From contig LSRY02000041.1 in NCBI GenBank assembly GCA_001643675.2, forward strand, positions 744,001 to 808,000: 64,000 nucleotides of DNA, written 5' to 3'. The notes under the pieces were generated by a model. The model saw only the letters and a program-made list of their open reading frames with translations. It had not been told where the DNA came from and made no database searches. Shown here piece after piece: positions 27,871 to 42,600 of the stretch (the stretch's first letter is position 1; each line of letters begins with the position of its first letter). The position numbers were made by a program, and so were the translations under genes. The stretch is from Monocercomonoides exilis PA203. Taxonomy: Eukaryota; Protista; Preaxostyla.

Positions 27871-28063
27871 TTTCACTTTAAAAATTACAGGTTGTTAACC
27901 CTTATTTATTTTTACCATCAGCAGATTTTTTTTTCTCTGATTTGTTTGTTTTGAGACAAAAACACTAAATGGCAAAAGAGGTTTAGACTCCAGTGTTATT
28001 TAAAAAATTTTTGATTTGGTATTTTTAATTCTTTTGATTCTATTGCACCACGATTATACAAAA

Positions 28064-29517
28064 ATGAATTTATCAATTGTTTTGGATTCATTTTGCAATG
28101 TTTCAGTTTCTTTCGAACAAATAAATATTTCATGGTATATCTATATTTTGAGAAACGATTGTTCTGATGATTAATTGTTTTATTTTCCAATTTTTCAGAA
28201 AAACTGTTGCTATTGGAAAAATGCACTGACGCTGAGCAGAAACTGAAAATCATTGAATTAAATGGAATAATTGATGGAATGAATAAAGAAGAATTCGAAT
28301 CAATTTTCAACGAAGAAACATTCAACAAAATAGAAAAAATGATTGAATAAAAGAAAATGGATTTTGGAAATGCAATTTAGCTTTTGAAGCATGCTGGATA
28401 TTGCAAAGCGATGAAAAGCATATGGAGTCTGAATTTAAAAAATACTTTGTCGTGCAAAAGATTTGAGGAGATGATTATTGATGAAGAAAAGAAAAAAGAA
28501 AGAAAGAACGAAAAGCTTATGATTGATCTGTGCGAATGCCATCTTTAGTTTCATGTCGAATTTTCTTCGAATTTGATTCAATATATATGTCCTGCCTGCT
28601 GAAATTAGCCTTGAAGAAAGAAGAAGAAGAAGAAGAATCACAAAGGGATGTGGAAATGACCTTGCTAGCTTTGAGGAATTCAAAATATGGTGAATGAACA
28701 AATCTATTTCCTTTTTGACAAAACAGAATTTTCTTTCTTAATTTTTTATTAGGATATAACAGATAAATTGTATTTGAATGAATTCAAAGAAATCACCCAA
28801 AATCATCAGGAACATCACAATTTGACGCCATTTGCCTATCACCCTGCTTGGCTATTTTTCATAAAAAGATTGAAATATGACAAAAGCTTGGAAGAAGATT
28901 TTGTGAATGAATTGCATTTTGGAAGAGAAGCAGCAAGAGAACTGGATGAGCTTTCAAAGTGTGTGGATTGGAAGAGAGAAAAAGAGGAAAAAGGAGAAAA
29001 AGAAGTGAAAGAAGAGCTTATTTTGATGAGATGGATAAAAACATTGACATTTTATTTTTATCAGTTTTGATTGTGGAATGAAGATTTTGTTGGGCTCATC
29101 AACGACATTGCTCAAGTGTTTCGAGCAGCGAAGGAAAATTACAGCGATATTAGCAATCAATGCATTTATCCATTGAGTAATGCAGCAGAAAATAGAGTTG
29201 TGAAAATTGAAGACTTGCCGAAAGGCAGGGCAATTGATGCTGTTTTGGAGGAAATGCAGCAACCAACGTTAAATAATGATGTTGTGTATGATTGCTTGAA
29301 AGTCCTTGAGAATGTTTCGGAAAGATTGAAAGAAAAGAATAAAGATGAAAAGGAAGAAGTGAAAAGAAAATTAACAAACATGGAGATATTCGAAAAGCTG
29401 GAAGAAGAAGGATACGAAGATATCATCACCAGCTTTTATGAAACATTAAATATTTTTAACATACGACATTATCATACACTGCTGTTGGAATTTTCTGATT
29501 ATTTTGTGAATGTTTGA
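28064..29517 (+). pseudogene. DYFVNV family copy 2, multiple stops and frameshifts
   Basis: Same motifs (DLCEC, LSKCVDWKREKEEK, EEEGYEDII, SDYFVNV) spread over broken frames; stops near 28347, 28378 and 29068. Confidence 0.85.
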
Positions 29518-31622
29518 GAAAATTCATTGTATTTTGTAACTCATAATTTTTATTTTTCATTTAACATCTTTTCACAGAATAGAAAACGGACTGTCTTTGA
29601 ATCTTCTGCTGAAAGTTTTTTCAACTCACTATATCAAAATAAAATTAAAATAAAAGCATCTTTAAATGTTTCTTCTTCATCTTCATTATCTTCTTCTTCG
29701 TTGTTTTCTTCCTCATCTTCCTATTCTCTCTATATTCCCTCTTTTTCTTTTTCTTCTTTTTCTGCTTCATCTTCTTATACTTACTCCAGCACCTCCAGCG
29801 CAATCGCTTCAGGCGACAGAACTTCATCTTCCATCTTCCATTCTCCATCCTCAATCCTCAATCCTCAATCCCTTCTCCACAATCTCCCCCGCTTAACACG
29901 CTGCAACACCTCGCCTTACCACTTCGTCGTCCAGCTTCACCATTAATTGCACTTCTCCAACGGAAGCAGCGTCTAGTCAAACAGATCGCAGATCGACGGG
30001 AACGCTTTCACCCATCCACAACAAAGATCCGCTTGCTCCCCGACTTCGTCCCCACCGACGCTGCAAGAGACGGAAGTGACGCCACAAGCAGAACTGAAAG
30101 CGTCACCGAAAGCGCCATATCGTTCGCGCACGCAACATCCACATACAGCACCGCCAGAAGCGCTACAACATATCCCCGCAGCGTCTGTTGCCCTCAGTTA
30201 CGAAATCTTTTGATTTTCATACACCCCAGCCACCTCTCGATATCGTCCATCGCTCCGGTCGATGTGTATAGCGCTGCCACCGCAGATGCATCCGAAGGGT
30301 CAATCGCAGGTGCTGATGATGGCTGATCATCTCCTGCCGCCTTCTTCTCTTCGCTTCTCCGCCTCTGGAATGGAGAAGCAGTGAGGCTGACAGCTGCGGA
30401 CGAGGAAAGAAAAACATTGGAAGAAGAAAAAGAAAAAGAAAAAAAAAAGATAAAGTTGCACATGAATGCTTCATTCAATCATTGCAAAACCTGTAGAATT
30501 CAAGGAGAAACTTTTTTATTTCTTTGCGTTGGTGTTTCCAACAGAAGAATACAGACTGGCGATGTTGACAAGGAAGCAGATGGTTGTGGTTGTGGATGCG
30601 GATAAGACGATTGTCAGTTCATTTGCAGAAGTTGAAAGTTATGAGAGGCAGAAAACGAGCTGATTGAAGATAACGATACTGCAGACTAAGCATTTTGAGA
30701 GAATGAGGTGAGAAATCGGTGAAAAAAGTGGAGATTTCTTGAAAAGATTGCTCTGTTTCCAAAACAGAAGGATTGAGAAGACAACTCAAAAGGGAAATCT
30801 TTTCATTTTTTTTAAATGGTCTTGCATCAAGATGTGGCCTGTGAAGTTGAAAGAAGAATTTCTGGCTTTTTCAAAGAAGACTGTGCGGCTTCAAAAATAA
30901 TTCTTTCATTTCGAATAAGAAAGTCTTTTGCTCTCTTCATTCTTTTTGTTCGGCAAATGAATTGTCAGATTTATTTCTTCTTGATTTTTTGGTAAATAGA
31001 AGATGTTGTTAAATTCTTGTGCTTCCAGAACGCAGCCAATGGCGAACTTGTTTTTTTTACATTTCTCATTCAATCATCATTCGATTGAGATAAAATGACT
31101 TTGAGGTGTTAAAGTCATTTGATAAACCTCAAATAAAAATGCTTGTTTCAGTCATTGTTGCTCCACGAATCCTGAAGCATAACGTCTTTGAAAGTGGATA
31201 TCCTTCGAATTTTTGTATTATTTTCCCATTTCAATGCTAAACTTGTTTGTAGTGCATTTCTGTATTTTGTTCCATTTTCACTTTAACTCGTCAATCCAAA
31301 ATAATTATTGATTTATCAATTCCTTCATTTTCAATATTCTCTTGAGTCATCTTGGAAAAAAATGTCAGACAAGAAAATGGAACCAATCAAGTCCTTCAAG
31401 TCAACCAATAATATGTGTTCATGTCTTTCACTTTATCCACAAAGTGAAAAAAATCAATAATTCTTTTCGTTTTTGTTGGATTTGCTTTTTTGCGTTCATT
31501 CTCTCTTCAGTCAATTTCTATTTCCGTGCAATAAATTTGCTCAACTCCAAACCAATTTGAAATGAGAATTATTCAACAAAGCGAAAAAAATGAAAAACCA
31601 ATAATGAATAATGATGATTTCA

Positions 31623-31648
31623 TGTTGGTTTGATCAAAGAGAAACAAA
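31623..31648 (+). promoter_or_regulatory. Conserved upstream motif of the DYFVNV family (copy 3)
   Basis: 25/26 identity to 8456-8481 at the same distance from the ATG. Confidence 0.45.
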
Positions 31649-31857
31649 TCGTTCACTTTTCTGTCATTTTTAACACAAGATCACTGGCTTCGGTGAACAT
31701 TCTTTTTCTCACACTAATTCTTACAAAGAAAGGCAATTGGTTTTGTGTTCGTTATGTTTCAATTTTTCAAAGCAAGCAACTAAATTTTTATTAGTCTTTT
31801 ATTTCGTGAAGTGACGGATTATTTCGAACAATTTGAAAAATTATTGCTATTAATAGA

Positions 31858-33293
31858 ATGAGCTCATGTAATGCTGATGAATGCACTGGGGCAATTCTGG
31901 AGATGTCAAGAATAGAGAAGTTTTCGAGTTTGTGAGTATTTGTTCGAATTTTCTGATAATAATGAAAATTATTATTTTTTCAGAAATATTTTCTGAGCTT
32001 GAAAGATGCAAGGAAGATGTACAAAAGCAAAAAATCCTTGAAATGAATAAATTGATTGTTGATATGGATAAAGAAGAATTTGAAACTATTTTTACGGTTC
32101 ATTCGTGCAACAAAATACACAAAATTATTAGAGAAAAGAAATTGACTTTGGTAAATGCAATTGTGCTATTGAAGCACATTGGATGTTGCAAAGTGCTGAA
32201 AAGAATTTGGATTGATTACTTTGAAGAATCCTCTTTGAACAGAAGATTTAAGAAGATGATTATTGATGAAAAAAAGAAGAAAGAAAAAGATGATTATTTT
32301 CTTGTTGATCTCTGTGAATGCTATCTTGTGCTTTTCGACAACTTTTCTTCGAAATTGATTTCTATTCGTGCGCCTTGTCTTCTGAAAGTTGCTTTGAACA
32401 AAGAAAAATTCAGAGAGATTCAAAAAGAAGCTGAAACTGCGTTACTGGCTTTGAGTTGCATCGCAGAACATCAGGTTTTTGCGTTTATTCATCAAACTGC
32501 ATAAAAATTGTATCTTATGCCTCTTTATAAGTTTCCTGAGCAAGAACTGCATTTGAATGAGATCAAAGAGATCATCAAATATCATCAAGTGCAACACAAC
32601 CTCACTCAGCTTGCTTATCAGTCTGCTTGGCAGTTTTTTATAAACAGATTATACTTCAATGAAAATTTGGAAGAAGTCATCGTGAATGAGCTGCATTTAG
32701 CAGAAGAAGCAAGAAAAGAATTGGATGAGTTGTCGAAATGTGTTGATTGGAAAAGGAAAAAAGATGTGAGAGGAAAGGAAAAGAAAGAAGAGATTGCTTT
32801 ATTGAGGTGGCTTCAAGCATTGGTCGTTTTCTTATCCTCAAGCAAATTGTGGAATGATGAATTTGCCGAGCTTATTGGAAGCATTGTTCAAGTATTTCGA
32901 TTCGCAAAGGACAATTACGAAGAAATAGGAGAGCGGTGCATAAATATTCTGCTAAAAGAAGCTTTTGAATCTTTTTATGTGAAAGTTGAAGACTTTTTGA
33001 AAGAAGGAGCTTTTGATGTTTTGGAGAGGATTTCTCAATCGACATTGAATGATGAAATAACAATTAGTTGTTTGCAATTCTATTAATATTGTTTTGATCG
33101 AATTGTTGAAGAAGAGGTTGATTAAAATGAAGAATCGAAAAGAAAAGCAACAATAAGAAAGGCTTTTGAAAAAATGGAAGAAGAAGGATACGAAGATATC
33201 ATCATAAGCTTTTATGAAATATTTAATTTTCTTTTCAGACGATATTATTATGGTTTATCGTCGAATATTTCTGATTATTTTGTGAATGTTTGA
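31858..33293 (+). pseudogene. DYFVNV family copy 3; introns 31928-31983 and 32475-32531; premature TAA at 33084 and 33123
   Basis: Intron positions and phases (1 and 0) match copy 1. The frame continues through two TAA codons to EEEGYEDII...SDYFVNV-TGA. Confidence 0.8.
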
Positions 33294-35798
33294 AGAAATT
33301 GAAATACCTGTCACTTTGAAACTCAAAAATCGATGAACCCTGAAATTACAAACCTGTTTTCCTAATCCTCTGTTATTTTATTTTGGAAATTTCAGATTTG
33401 AAAGCCTGGAAATTTTAAAATTGAATGAGTTTTGTTTTTATTTGATTATTTTTTCGAAGTTGTAAGTTTTTCATAAGTTTTATTTCTTTGGAGAGGATTT
33501 TTATCGTTCAAAAGCAAAGATCATGATAATTGTCAAAAACAAAGATGTTTTGAGATCATATTCATGAAAAAATTTATCTTTGAAAGGAGTTAAAACTATT
33601 CAGTGTTCATTTTTCAATATCTAATGTGAATTCTCAAACAGTAATTATTGTAAAAAGAAACATAATTCCAAAAATTGTTATTAATATTCCGAACGAAATC
33701 AACAACATTTTCAAATTTCATAAAAAACTATTCATTCTCATCATATGTTACACATTCACATTTTAATATTGAACTTTGCAAATTCTTCTATTCTTTCAAA
33801 TCTGTTTCTTTCAGAACAATTTCTACTCCAATAAATAATAAAAATTTTTTTATTATTACAGATTCAAAAATCATCAATTGGCAAAATCACTATTTTATAA
33901 CAAGTTTGAATTGAGAAATAATCGTTTCACAGAAGACATTGAAACCTCAAGTTTTAAATTTTTTGAAAATAAACATGGAACGTTTGAAATTAGAATAATC
34001 CCTTAAAAAAGAAAAAGAAAGACATAATTAGTCAAATGATGGAAGAGAAATAGTCACTCATATATGTTTAATACTAAGTTTATAAAATTGTATTAATATA
34101 TTGTCAAATCTCATTTTTTCTTTCATTCAACCATAATAGATGATTTGACAACTGTAAATTCTTCATTAAACCTTTTTTTAGAGAAGCATTGAAAAAGAAA
34201 GGGTATAAATTATTTAACTCTTTATTTGTGATGGAGATGCAAAGCAAAAAGATTGGAAGTTTGGGCTTTTTTTCAAAGGAAGGAAAATCATCAAATCATA
34301 ATTCAACAAACGCAGCTCAACGACGCGAACAAACGGTATTCGGAAGAATGACAAAGCATCCAACACCTAGTTCAATGACAGTCCCTCTTTTATTTGCCAG
34401 AACCAAATTGTTGCAAACAATGGAAGATATATCCATTTCATCCACAAAACACAGCAATTTTCAGTTAGATGACGAGGATGCACTTGAAGGCTCCACAATT
34501 TTTTGTGCAACATGCCCTTGATAGTTTATGCATTTATTTGCCTTGCTAGGCGAAACCAAAAGAATAACGCTGATTTCGACAGTTTCACAAAAATAACATT
34601 CAATTCAATCAAAGCCTTCATTCTTTGTTAAACTTGCTGCCATTTTCATTTTTATTTTATTGCATATGCAAAAATGCATTGGCTGATTTGAATTGAAAAA
34701 TAAAATTTGGAACAGTCGTTGAACATCAACCACTTTGCATTTGTTGTGAGGTTTGAATAATTTATTCATTTATTCTGTGCCATTCGCTTTCACATTATCT
34801 TTTCCTTTTTAGGTATTTCAACAAGAGGCATTTTGAAGACATTCCAGATTATATTCAAAGGCATACAATTGATCAGAAAAGGCTCTGATGTTGAACGATT
34901 GTGCATTGGAAGGCTTTGCATGAGTAGAAATGACAACGTTATGGAGGAATTGAAAGCGAGCGATGATAGACAGGAAAAAGAAGAAGAAGGAAAAGAGAAT
35001 GAAAGAATGGAGTTATTTGGAGGAAGAAGAAAGAGATGGAGGCAGGGCAAATGAAGAACTGAAAGCGAGGAACAAGAGATTGAGAATGGAGAAGAGTCAA
35101 ATGGGATTGTCGATATTTCGCAATGGGAGTGCTTAGCAAACGAAGAAGGACAAAATGAGCAAGTGTTTGTTTGCACAAATAAATGATTTTTTTGAATGAT
35201 GAATAATTTATAAAATTGAAAAAATAGAAAACGTTTTGATTTATTTTATTTTTTTTGATTTTTTTTTTTGGAAAATGTATTTTTTGAATTGTAATAACAA
35301 AATATAAAAAGCTTTTATTTTTATTTTTTATTTTTTTTTCAAGAATATATGCAGAGAAGGTTTCACGAAACATCTCCTCTCAATCAGCACAAACGTTCTC
35401 TCAAAAGTTTCATTTCGCAGAAAATAAACAGATGGGTATTTTTGAATGTCAAACATCGGATGCTTCCCAAAGTGGATGAAAAAGAAGAATTCAGAAGGAG
35501 TTAGAAAGGGGAGGATGAATAAAGGAGAAGAATGCATTTATATATTTTGGGTGAAGAAGCTGGAGAAGTGATTTGACAAGGTGAAATAGGAGAGAGTGTG
35601 AAAGAAAGAATGGAGAAGAGAGAAAATGAAGAGAAAGTTTGAGGGAGGAGATGACGATGATGAATCACTCCCCAAAAGACTTCTTTGAAGAAGAGGAGAT
35701 TTGGAGTTTGAGGTTTGGGCAGAAAAAAGATTTCAGTTGGAGGGAAAAGATGTATTTATTTATGACACTTGGGAAGAATGATAAGGAAAATAGAGAAG

Positions 35799-35801
<3 letters not shown>

Positions 35802-35864
<63 letters not shown>
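35802..35864 (+). repeat. (GA)n microsatellite
   Basis: Directly visible. Confidence 0.95.
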
Positions 35865-35870
<6 letters not shown>

Positions 35871-36691
35871 AGAGAAACTGTGGAATAGGATTGAGGGAAA
35901 GAATAAAAATCAGCCAAAGGAGAAAGGTCAAATGAAAAGAAGATGAGAAAAAGAGAGAAGAGGAAGAAGAAAGAGAAGGTGGATGAACACTTGCAACAAC
36001 AAAAACAGAACGATGAAGAAAGATTGCCACCTTATGTTTTCAGTGAAGATTGGAACAACTGGTGAAGAAGGAATCTCCATTTAATAGTGTTGGGAGAGGA
36101 GACATTTGATAATTCGAAATAGCACTTTTCAAAGAGTAATTTTTGAGGGTATGTGCTTTGAAATAGAAGTTTCAACTTTTTGTTCCTTTATTGGGCTGAT
36201 ATTTCTGTTTGATGAGTTTCTTTTTTTATGTTCAATACAATCAATGCTGCAAACATGAAGAATTCAACGTTTTCTGAGAAACCAAAAATATTCAGAAATA
36301 ATAATATTTTTTTGTTGATTCACAAGTGATGCAAGATTGGTTCTTATTTTATTTGTGATATATTGATTTGAGCATATTTCATATCCCCAGATTTTGCTTT
36401 TCTTTTTTATTATTGTTCATTTTTTTAAAACTTCATCCTTTTTATTTTTTATTTTTTGATGTGAAAAATTGTCATCTGCATCAGCAGATACCGATTCATG
36501 GCTGATCGTAACCTAAGGAATGGCGTTGCATTGAAAGTGCCTCGGATGTTTTTCACATGCTCTCAAAATGATTGCTGAAAGAAATCCTTTTTTCTTTCCA
36601 ATTGTGTTGACAACCATAATTTATTTCTATTTGATCATCTGGAAAAAAATAAAAATTTTCAAATCAAAATTGATTATCATTCCATTCGAGA

Positions 36692-39600
36692 ATGCATTTG
36701 TTCCTTTTTGCATGTTTGATTCTTGGAAAGGCATTTGAAGCACAAGATATCTCTGGAACAGCCACATTGGAGAACAAAGGTATTCTTTTGGATTTTTGTG
36801 TTTTTCACGAATTGTGTTTATTTCGGTCAAGGAAACTCAAACGATGCGCAATTTCAATCAAAAGTCGATGATGATTATTTGTTCCGGCAGAGTTCATTTT
36901 CAGGAGAGAAAACATTGCAACCAAGAATATCTACAGTGAATAACACATTTTTTGAATTCTTCAATTCGACAGTTGGACTGAAAAATGTGGCACTTGAACA
37001 TTCTTCTTCACCTTTGATGCTTATCGCAGATAAATCAAGCGTGATGCTGGATTTGTGCATTTCCCACCAAAAGTCGGCATCTCCTTTTCACTTGCAAAGT
37101 GGGTCAATCAACATGGTGAATCTGAGTTTGACCCCCCAAATGAATGTCAGCCCTTCCAGTCTTGCTTTTTCATCTGATGATTCAAATTCTGCCATTTTGA
37201 GAAATTCCATCGTTGCAGATCTGGCTGTTTCAGCTTCAGATTATTTCCTATTGTGTGGAAAGAGCAAAAGTGAAGAGATTTCAAACTGCGACTTCAGAAA
37301 CATGTCAATGAAATATACCTCAAATGGTGATTATATTGTGGAACATTCATGTTTTCGAAATTCAATGGATAACTGCCTTATTTATTCGTGCGTGAATGCC
37401 TTTGAAGGAGGGACTTCGAGTGGGTCATATTCTTCAGAGAAATTTGTCTGCAAAAACACATCAATAAATTTCGGGAAAAGAGAAATGAATGCACTTGAGA
37501 AAAAAGGACAAATGAATTTGACAGATAGCCAATCCTTTTCATTGTGTGAATGGACTGATTGCACAGCACCACAAGGAGGTGCTCTTTTTATTCACGACAA
37601 TGCAAATGCAATCCTTTCTGTTGAGAACTCTTCCTTTTTGAGATGCAACGCTTCTTCAACAAGAGGCGGAGGAATATATGCATTGAATATCGCTGAATGC
37701 TTTGTACTACACACAACATTGACTCAATGTTCTGCAGCGGCAACCTCGGAATATGGTGGTGGAGGAATTATGGCAGAGAGTATTAACAAACAGTCAAAGG
37801 TTAATAATTGCTCCTTGCAAAATTGTTCTTCAGGTGATGATGGAGGAGCAGTATGCATTCGTCAAACAAAAACCTTGATCCAGAAAGAATGCATAATTAA
37901 TACAATTTTTGACAACAGTCGTTGCAATGGATCAGCTCATGGTGCTGGAGGTGCAATAATGCATTGGATTCCGACGGATAAAGTTATTATTTCAAACTGC
38001 CTGTTTCGCAATTGCTATTCAATGTGCGGAGGAGGAGCTGTTGCACAGGTGATAAATGAGAAAAATAATGGAATATTACTTTACTATTGCTTTTTCCACA
38101 ACAATACATGCGTTGCAGGGGGTCATGATATTGCTCTCCAAAATTCAACATTAAACAACATTGATTCCTCATGCTTTTCAACAAGGCAAACAGGAAACAG
38201 AGTGAGCACAAAATACAATTCAGTTGTTGATAAAAGCGAATGGCTTCGAAATGATTTCGGAAAAGTCAGATTTGTCTCCTCGGTGCAAACAGAACCCAAT
38301 GCCATTGATACATATGCATGCGGACGGGATGAAAGCCATCCTTGCTGCACCATCAGCCGCTGTCTCACACAGCTGATTCCAGTATTTGTAACTGATATAG
38401 AGATACTCACAGGAACGATCACAGAAACCATGAATGTGGACTGCAACATCAATTCTTTCACAATATATGGCCAAAGCGATTTGAGTTCGACAATGCGGAC
38501 AAATTTAGAGGCAGCTGGATTGTCTCTTTTTTCAGTCTCAACAGGAACGTTGACTGCTAGGGACTTTGTTCTTGTGCATGACTCGGCACATGCAAATAAC
38601 AGAGATTCAAGGCTATTTGAGGTAAGTGGAACAGGAGAGATGCATATTAGCAGATTGAACATGTCAACAGGAAGTGGGCAAACTTCAGAAACAGCTTTTT
38701 CAACAGAACTGATAAACGTTCATGGTGGCATATTTCAAATGGAAAATGTGAACTGGGCAAAGACAATCTCAACAACCTCGTTGTTTTCACATTCTTCAGC
38801 AAATGAAATTTCATTGACTCTTTCAGAATGCACTTTTAATGAAATAGAAAGAACAACAAGCGGAGCATCTGTCATATCGTTTTCCAATGACAAGGCAAAC
38901 ATCGATCTGAATTCTTGTTCATTTTTTGGATGCGGAAGCACAAATTCAGAAAATGGAGGATCGATGATGCTGTGTGCAGGGAATGGAAATGAAGTGAAAG
39001 TGAATGATGGATCTTTTGATGGATGCTTTTGTTTAACATCCAATGGTCTTGGGGGAGGAATCCTTCTTCGATTATTGACTGAAAATCCAGATTTCTTGAT
39101 TTCCTCTTCATTCGGAACAAACGCTGCCAAATGGGGAAATGATATCTTTGTAATTTCACCCAATCTGGAAGAAACTGCAAAGTCACAAAAAATCAAATGC
39201 GTTACGGCATCATCAAATACTGCTAACAAGGTGAGAGGATATGACAATGGAAACAACAGTGTTGCCATTCCTCTGTGCATCTATCTCCTTCCCACCCCAG
39301 AAGAAATATATGTGAATAACATCGAGGCATCCGATCACTCACATTGTGGAATAGTTCATTTCCCTTGTTTGACAATAAAGCACTCACTCACAAGACAATC
39401 AGGAACAAAGAAAGTTGTTGTGAGTGGAATGATTCAGATGAGCGATGAATTGGCATTTGGTGAACAGAAACATGAAATCAAAGGAAATGATGATCAAAGT
39501 GGTTGGACAGTCTCTGATTCAAGTGAAACATTCAATTCGGTGATGGTAACAACTTATGTTGAAACAGTCTTGTCAAAGCTCATCTTCTCTCTTCCTTCTT

Positions 39601-42600
39601 CTCTCTTTTCACACTCCACTTTCATTTCTTCTCCTTCATCATCAATGACTTTGTCTCAGTGTTCTCTTTCTTTTCAAAATCCATCATTAGAATTGACATT
39701 TCTGTTCTTGTCTGTTGAATCAGGAATTTTGACAATCGACAAATTCTCAGCTTTATCAATTGTCTTGAATGGAAATCCGTTGATCTCTTTGTCTGGAAGT
39801 TGCACAAGGGATGAATTGATGAACACCAAATGGTTGAACATGACAAACTGCCGTTTCACAGAAATTGAAAGAGCAGCTGGAAGTGGAGGCTGTATCAACA
39901 TTGATAACATCGTTGATGAAAATACGAACACACAAATAAATATTGAAGAATGTTATTTTGATGAATGCTCTGTGCAGGCTGATGGAAGCAGAGGAGGAGC
40001 TATCAATGCTCAGTTGAAAGGGAAAATTCAAATGAATACTGTTTCATGCACATTCACAGGATGCACAGCACCAGCTGAAGAAGGGAAGATTGGATTTGGT
40101 GGGGGGATGGCATTGAAGCTGATTGATGATGGTTCTTCTTTTGTGATATCATCGCCCATTTTCGATGCAGACAAACCAAATACTGCGAAATATGGAAATG
40201 ATCTTTTTGTTGAATCATTCAACTTGACAAAGAGCATCACAAATGACTCACTTCCGTTTGTATCTGAGAATCTGGATGATATTTCATTGAATTCAATGAG
40301 AGGCTTTGATGGAAGTGATACAACGAATGCTATTCCACTGGTATATTTTTGGAGAGCATTTGGTTCAGAGATATTTATTGGAGACATAGGAAGAGATACG
40401 GGAGCATGCGGATTCTCAGATTATCCTTGTCAATCAATTGATTATTCATTGGAGCGAATACTTGAAGGAAATGAAAGGAATATTAACATCATTGGAAAAG
40501 GAATTATTCAAAAATGTGTAGATCTCAGTGGAATATCAGTGAAATCGGATGATGAAGAAATGTGCTCTTTGGAATGTCTCTCATCACTTAAAGGAGCAGA
40601 AGGAGCAGGAATGAAGATTTCTGGAAGTACAAATTTCGAACTGATAAACTTTGTAGTTCCATCTTCATTCGCAAGCGGAGCTAAGACTTTGCTGCACGTT
40701 TGTTCAAGCAATGGATTGTTGACTGTGAAGGACTGTTCATTCACAAAAAATGAAGAAAGCGGAGAAGAAATAATCAGCTATGGGTTGATCAAGGCAGATG
40801 GAGGGACAGTTGTGTTGGAAGTTGTCTCAATGCAATCACTCTGCTTTTCACAGGATGTTATTTCTGTGTTTTCTTCAACAATGTTGAACATCAAAAATCT
40901 GACGATGAAGAATATTGAGCTGGATGGGGTAAGTGGATTGAGCATATCAAAGGGATCTGCTGGAGAGAAGAGAGGGAGCAATGAAGGAGAAAAAAACATT
41001 AATATTGAGTGGAGTTTGTTTGAAGAAGTTACCCAAGACACAACAGAAAACATCTCGATCATTCGAAATGCAAATGATGAGCCAATGAAAATGGTGATTC
41101 GAAACACAACGATGAAGAAGTGTGGAGGGTTGAAGTGTGGAAAGGGAGGAGGGATGTTTTATGTGTTGAATGAGGGAGGAAGTTTTGATTGCTCATTTTG
41201 CACGATTTCTGAATGCTTCTGCTCATCCACAGGAAGAGGTGGGTGGCTGTTTCTGGAATGCACCTCGACAGTAGATCAGCCTCTAAACTTTGTGCTGTCG
41301 AATATCACGTTCAGAGATAATTCTGCATTGAGAGGGAGGGATGTATATGTGAGATGCCACTCAATTGACACACAAATAGTTGATGAGCAATTCTTACTGG
41401 ATTTCAGAGCACCGTTTGTGAAAGATCTGGCCTTATGGGGCTGCGCAACAGACTCGTTTTTAAATGAAGAAGATCTTCTGATGAGGGTTGTGAAATACCA
41501 GAGCGAGACGATATTTGTTTCTTCAGTTGCAGACAATCGCGCAGACAGCAAGCAATGTGGAGAGTTCAATGCACCATGTCAATCATTGGATACGGGAGTT
41601 CAGCATATAATTCCTTCAACATATTCTCAACTGCTGATCTCAGAAGAGACTATCATCAATGGAGAAAGCAGTGCTTTGAATGTGATCATACGCTCATTGC
41701 AATCTCCCTCAACTGCTTTAGTGTATCTGACTTCAACAATAACCAACGAGGGAAGTCTAATCACAACATCAGAGAAAGTTCGATTTGAAAGTTTGAAATT
41801 CAATTTTGATCAGTTATTTTCTTATTCAGGCAATTCAATTATTCATGAAACCAGCGGACAACTTTCTCTTTCATCTGTTGACTTTTCTTCGATTTTGGAA
41901 TCAGAAAATATTGAATCTGTTGTTCTCAATTCAACATTGTTGAGCATCGAAAATGGAATTCTTCATGTTGACAACTGCTCAATATCAATGCTTTCATTCA
42001 AGAAGCCTTCATTTTTGCTGAATGGAGATGAGATAGATATTACAAATGTTAAACTGAAACAAATCGAATCAACAACAGATATATTTGAGATTGGAAAATG
42101 TGGAAGTGTTGTATTCAATGGAATATCTGCTGGTGGAGTGAAGTTGTCTGGAGGTTGTATCATTTCTATAAACGAAAAAACTTGGGAAACAATTACTCTT
42201 GTTGATTCATCATTCAATAACTGCTCAAGAAACTCAGAAGGAGCTTCTGTTTTCTCAGCATCTTCATCATCCGCTCATGCAGTTCTTTCCAATTGTTCGT
42301 GTTCCAACTGCGTTTCTCGCTCTGATAAAGGAAGCATTATGGAACTTGACAATATGACTGATGTTTCGATGCACATGTGTGAGCTTGAAGGAATTCTGAC
42401 AAAAGAAAGTGAAAGAGAAAGAAATAATGATTTTAAAGAAATATGCGAATGGAATGGATCGCTTGTCCATTCAACGAATACATCAATGGTGATGAAGGAT
42501 GCGACAATATTGAATTCTTCACAAGGTGGATTATCATTATCCGCTGGCGATGTGACGATTGAGAAAGGAGAGTTTTTAAACAACAATCCTTTCATAGAAA

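Noticed and set aside
31093-31120. 10-bp perfect hairpin AAATGACTTT...AAAGTCATTT
   Set aside because: Short, AT-rich and isolated; compatible with chance.
33084-33125. In-frame TAA codons here and in the IS5-like transposase, suggesting TAA/TAG=Gln recoding as in some oxymonads
   Set aside because: Multi-kb ORFs contain no in-frame TAA/TAG, GAPDH ends in TAA, and copy 1 ends VNV-TAG where its paralogues end VNV-TGA. These are ordinary nonsense mutations.
36723-36831. ORF-track N-terminus MERHLKHK...VFFWIFVFF as an N-terminal TM
   Set aside because: It uses a TTG start and reads through an intron. ATG 36692 with a 52-bp intron gives a proper signal peptide.
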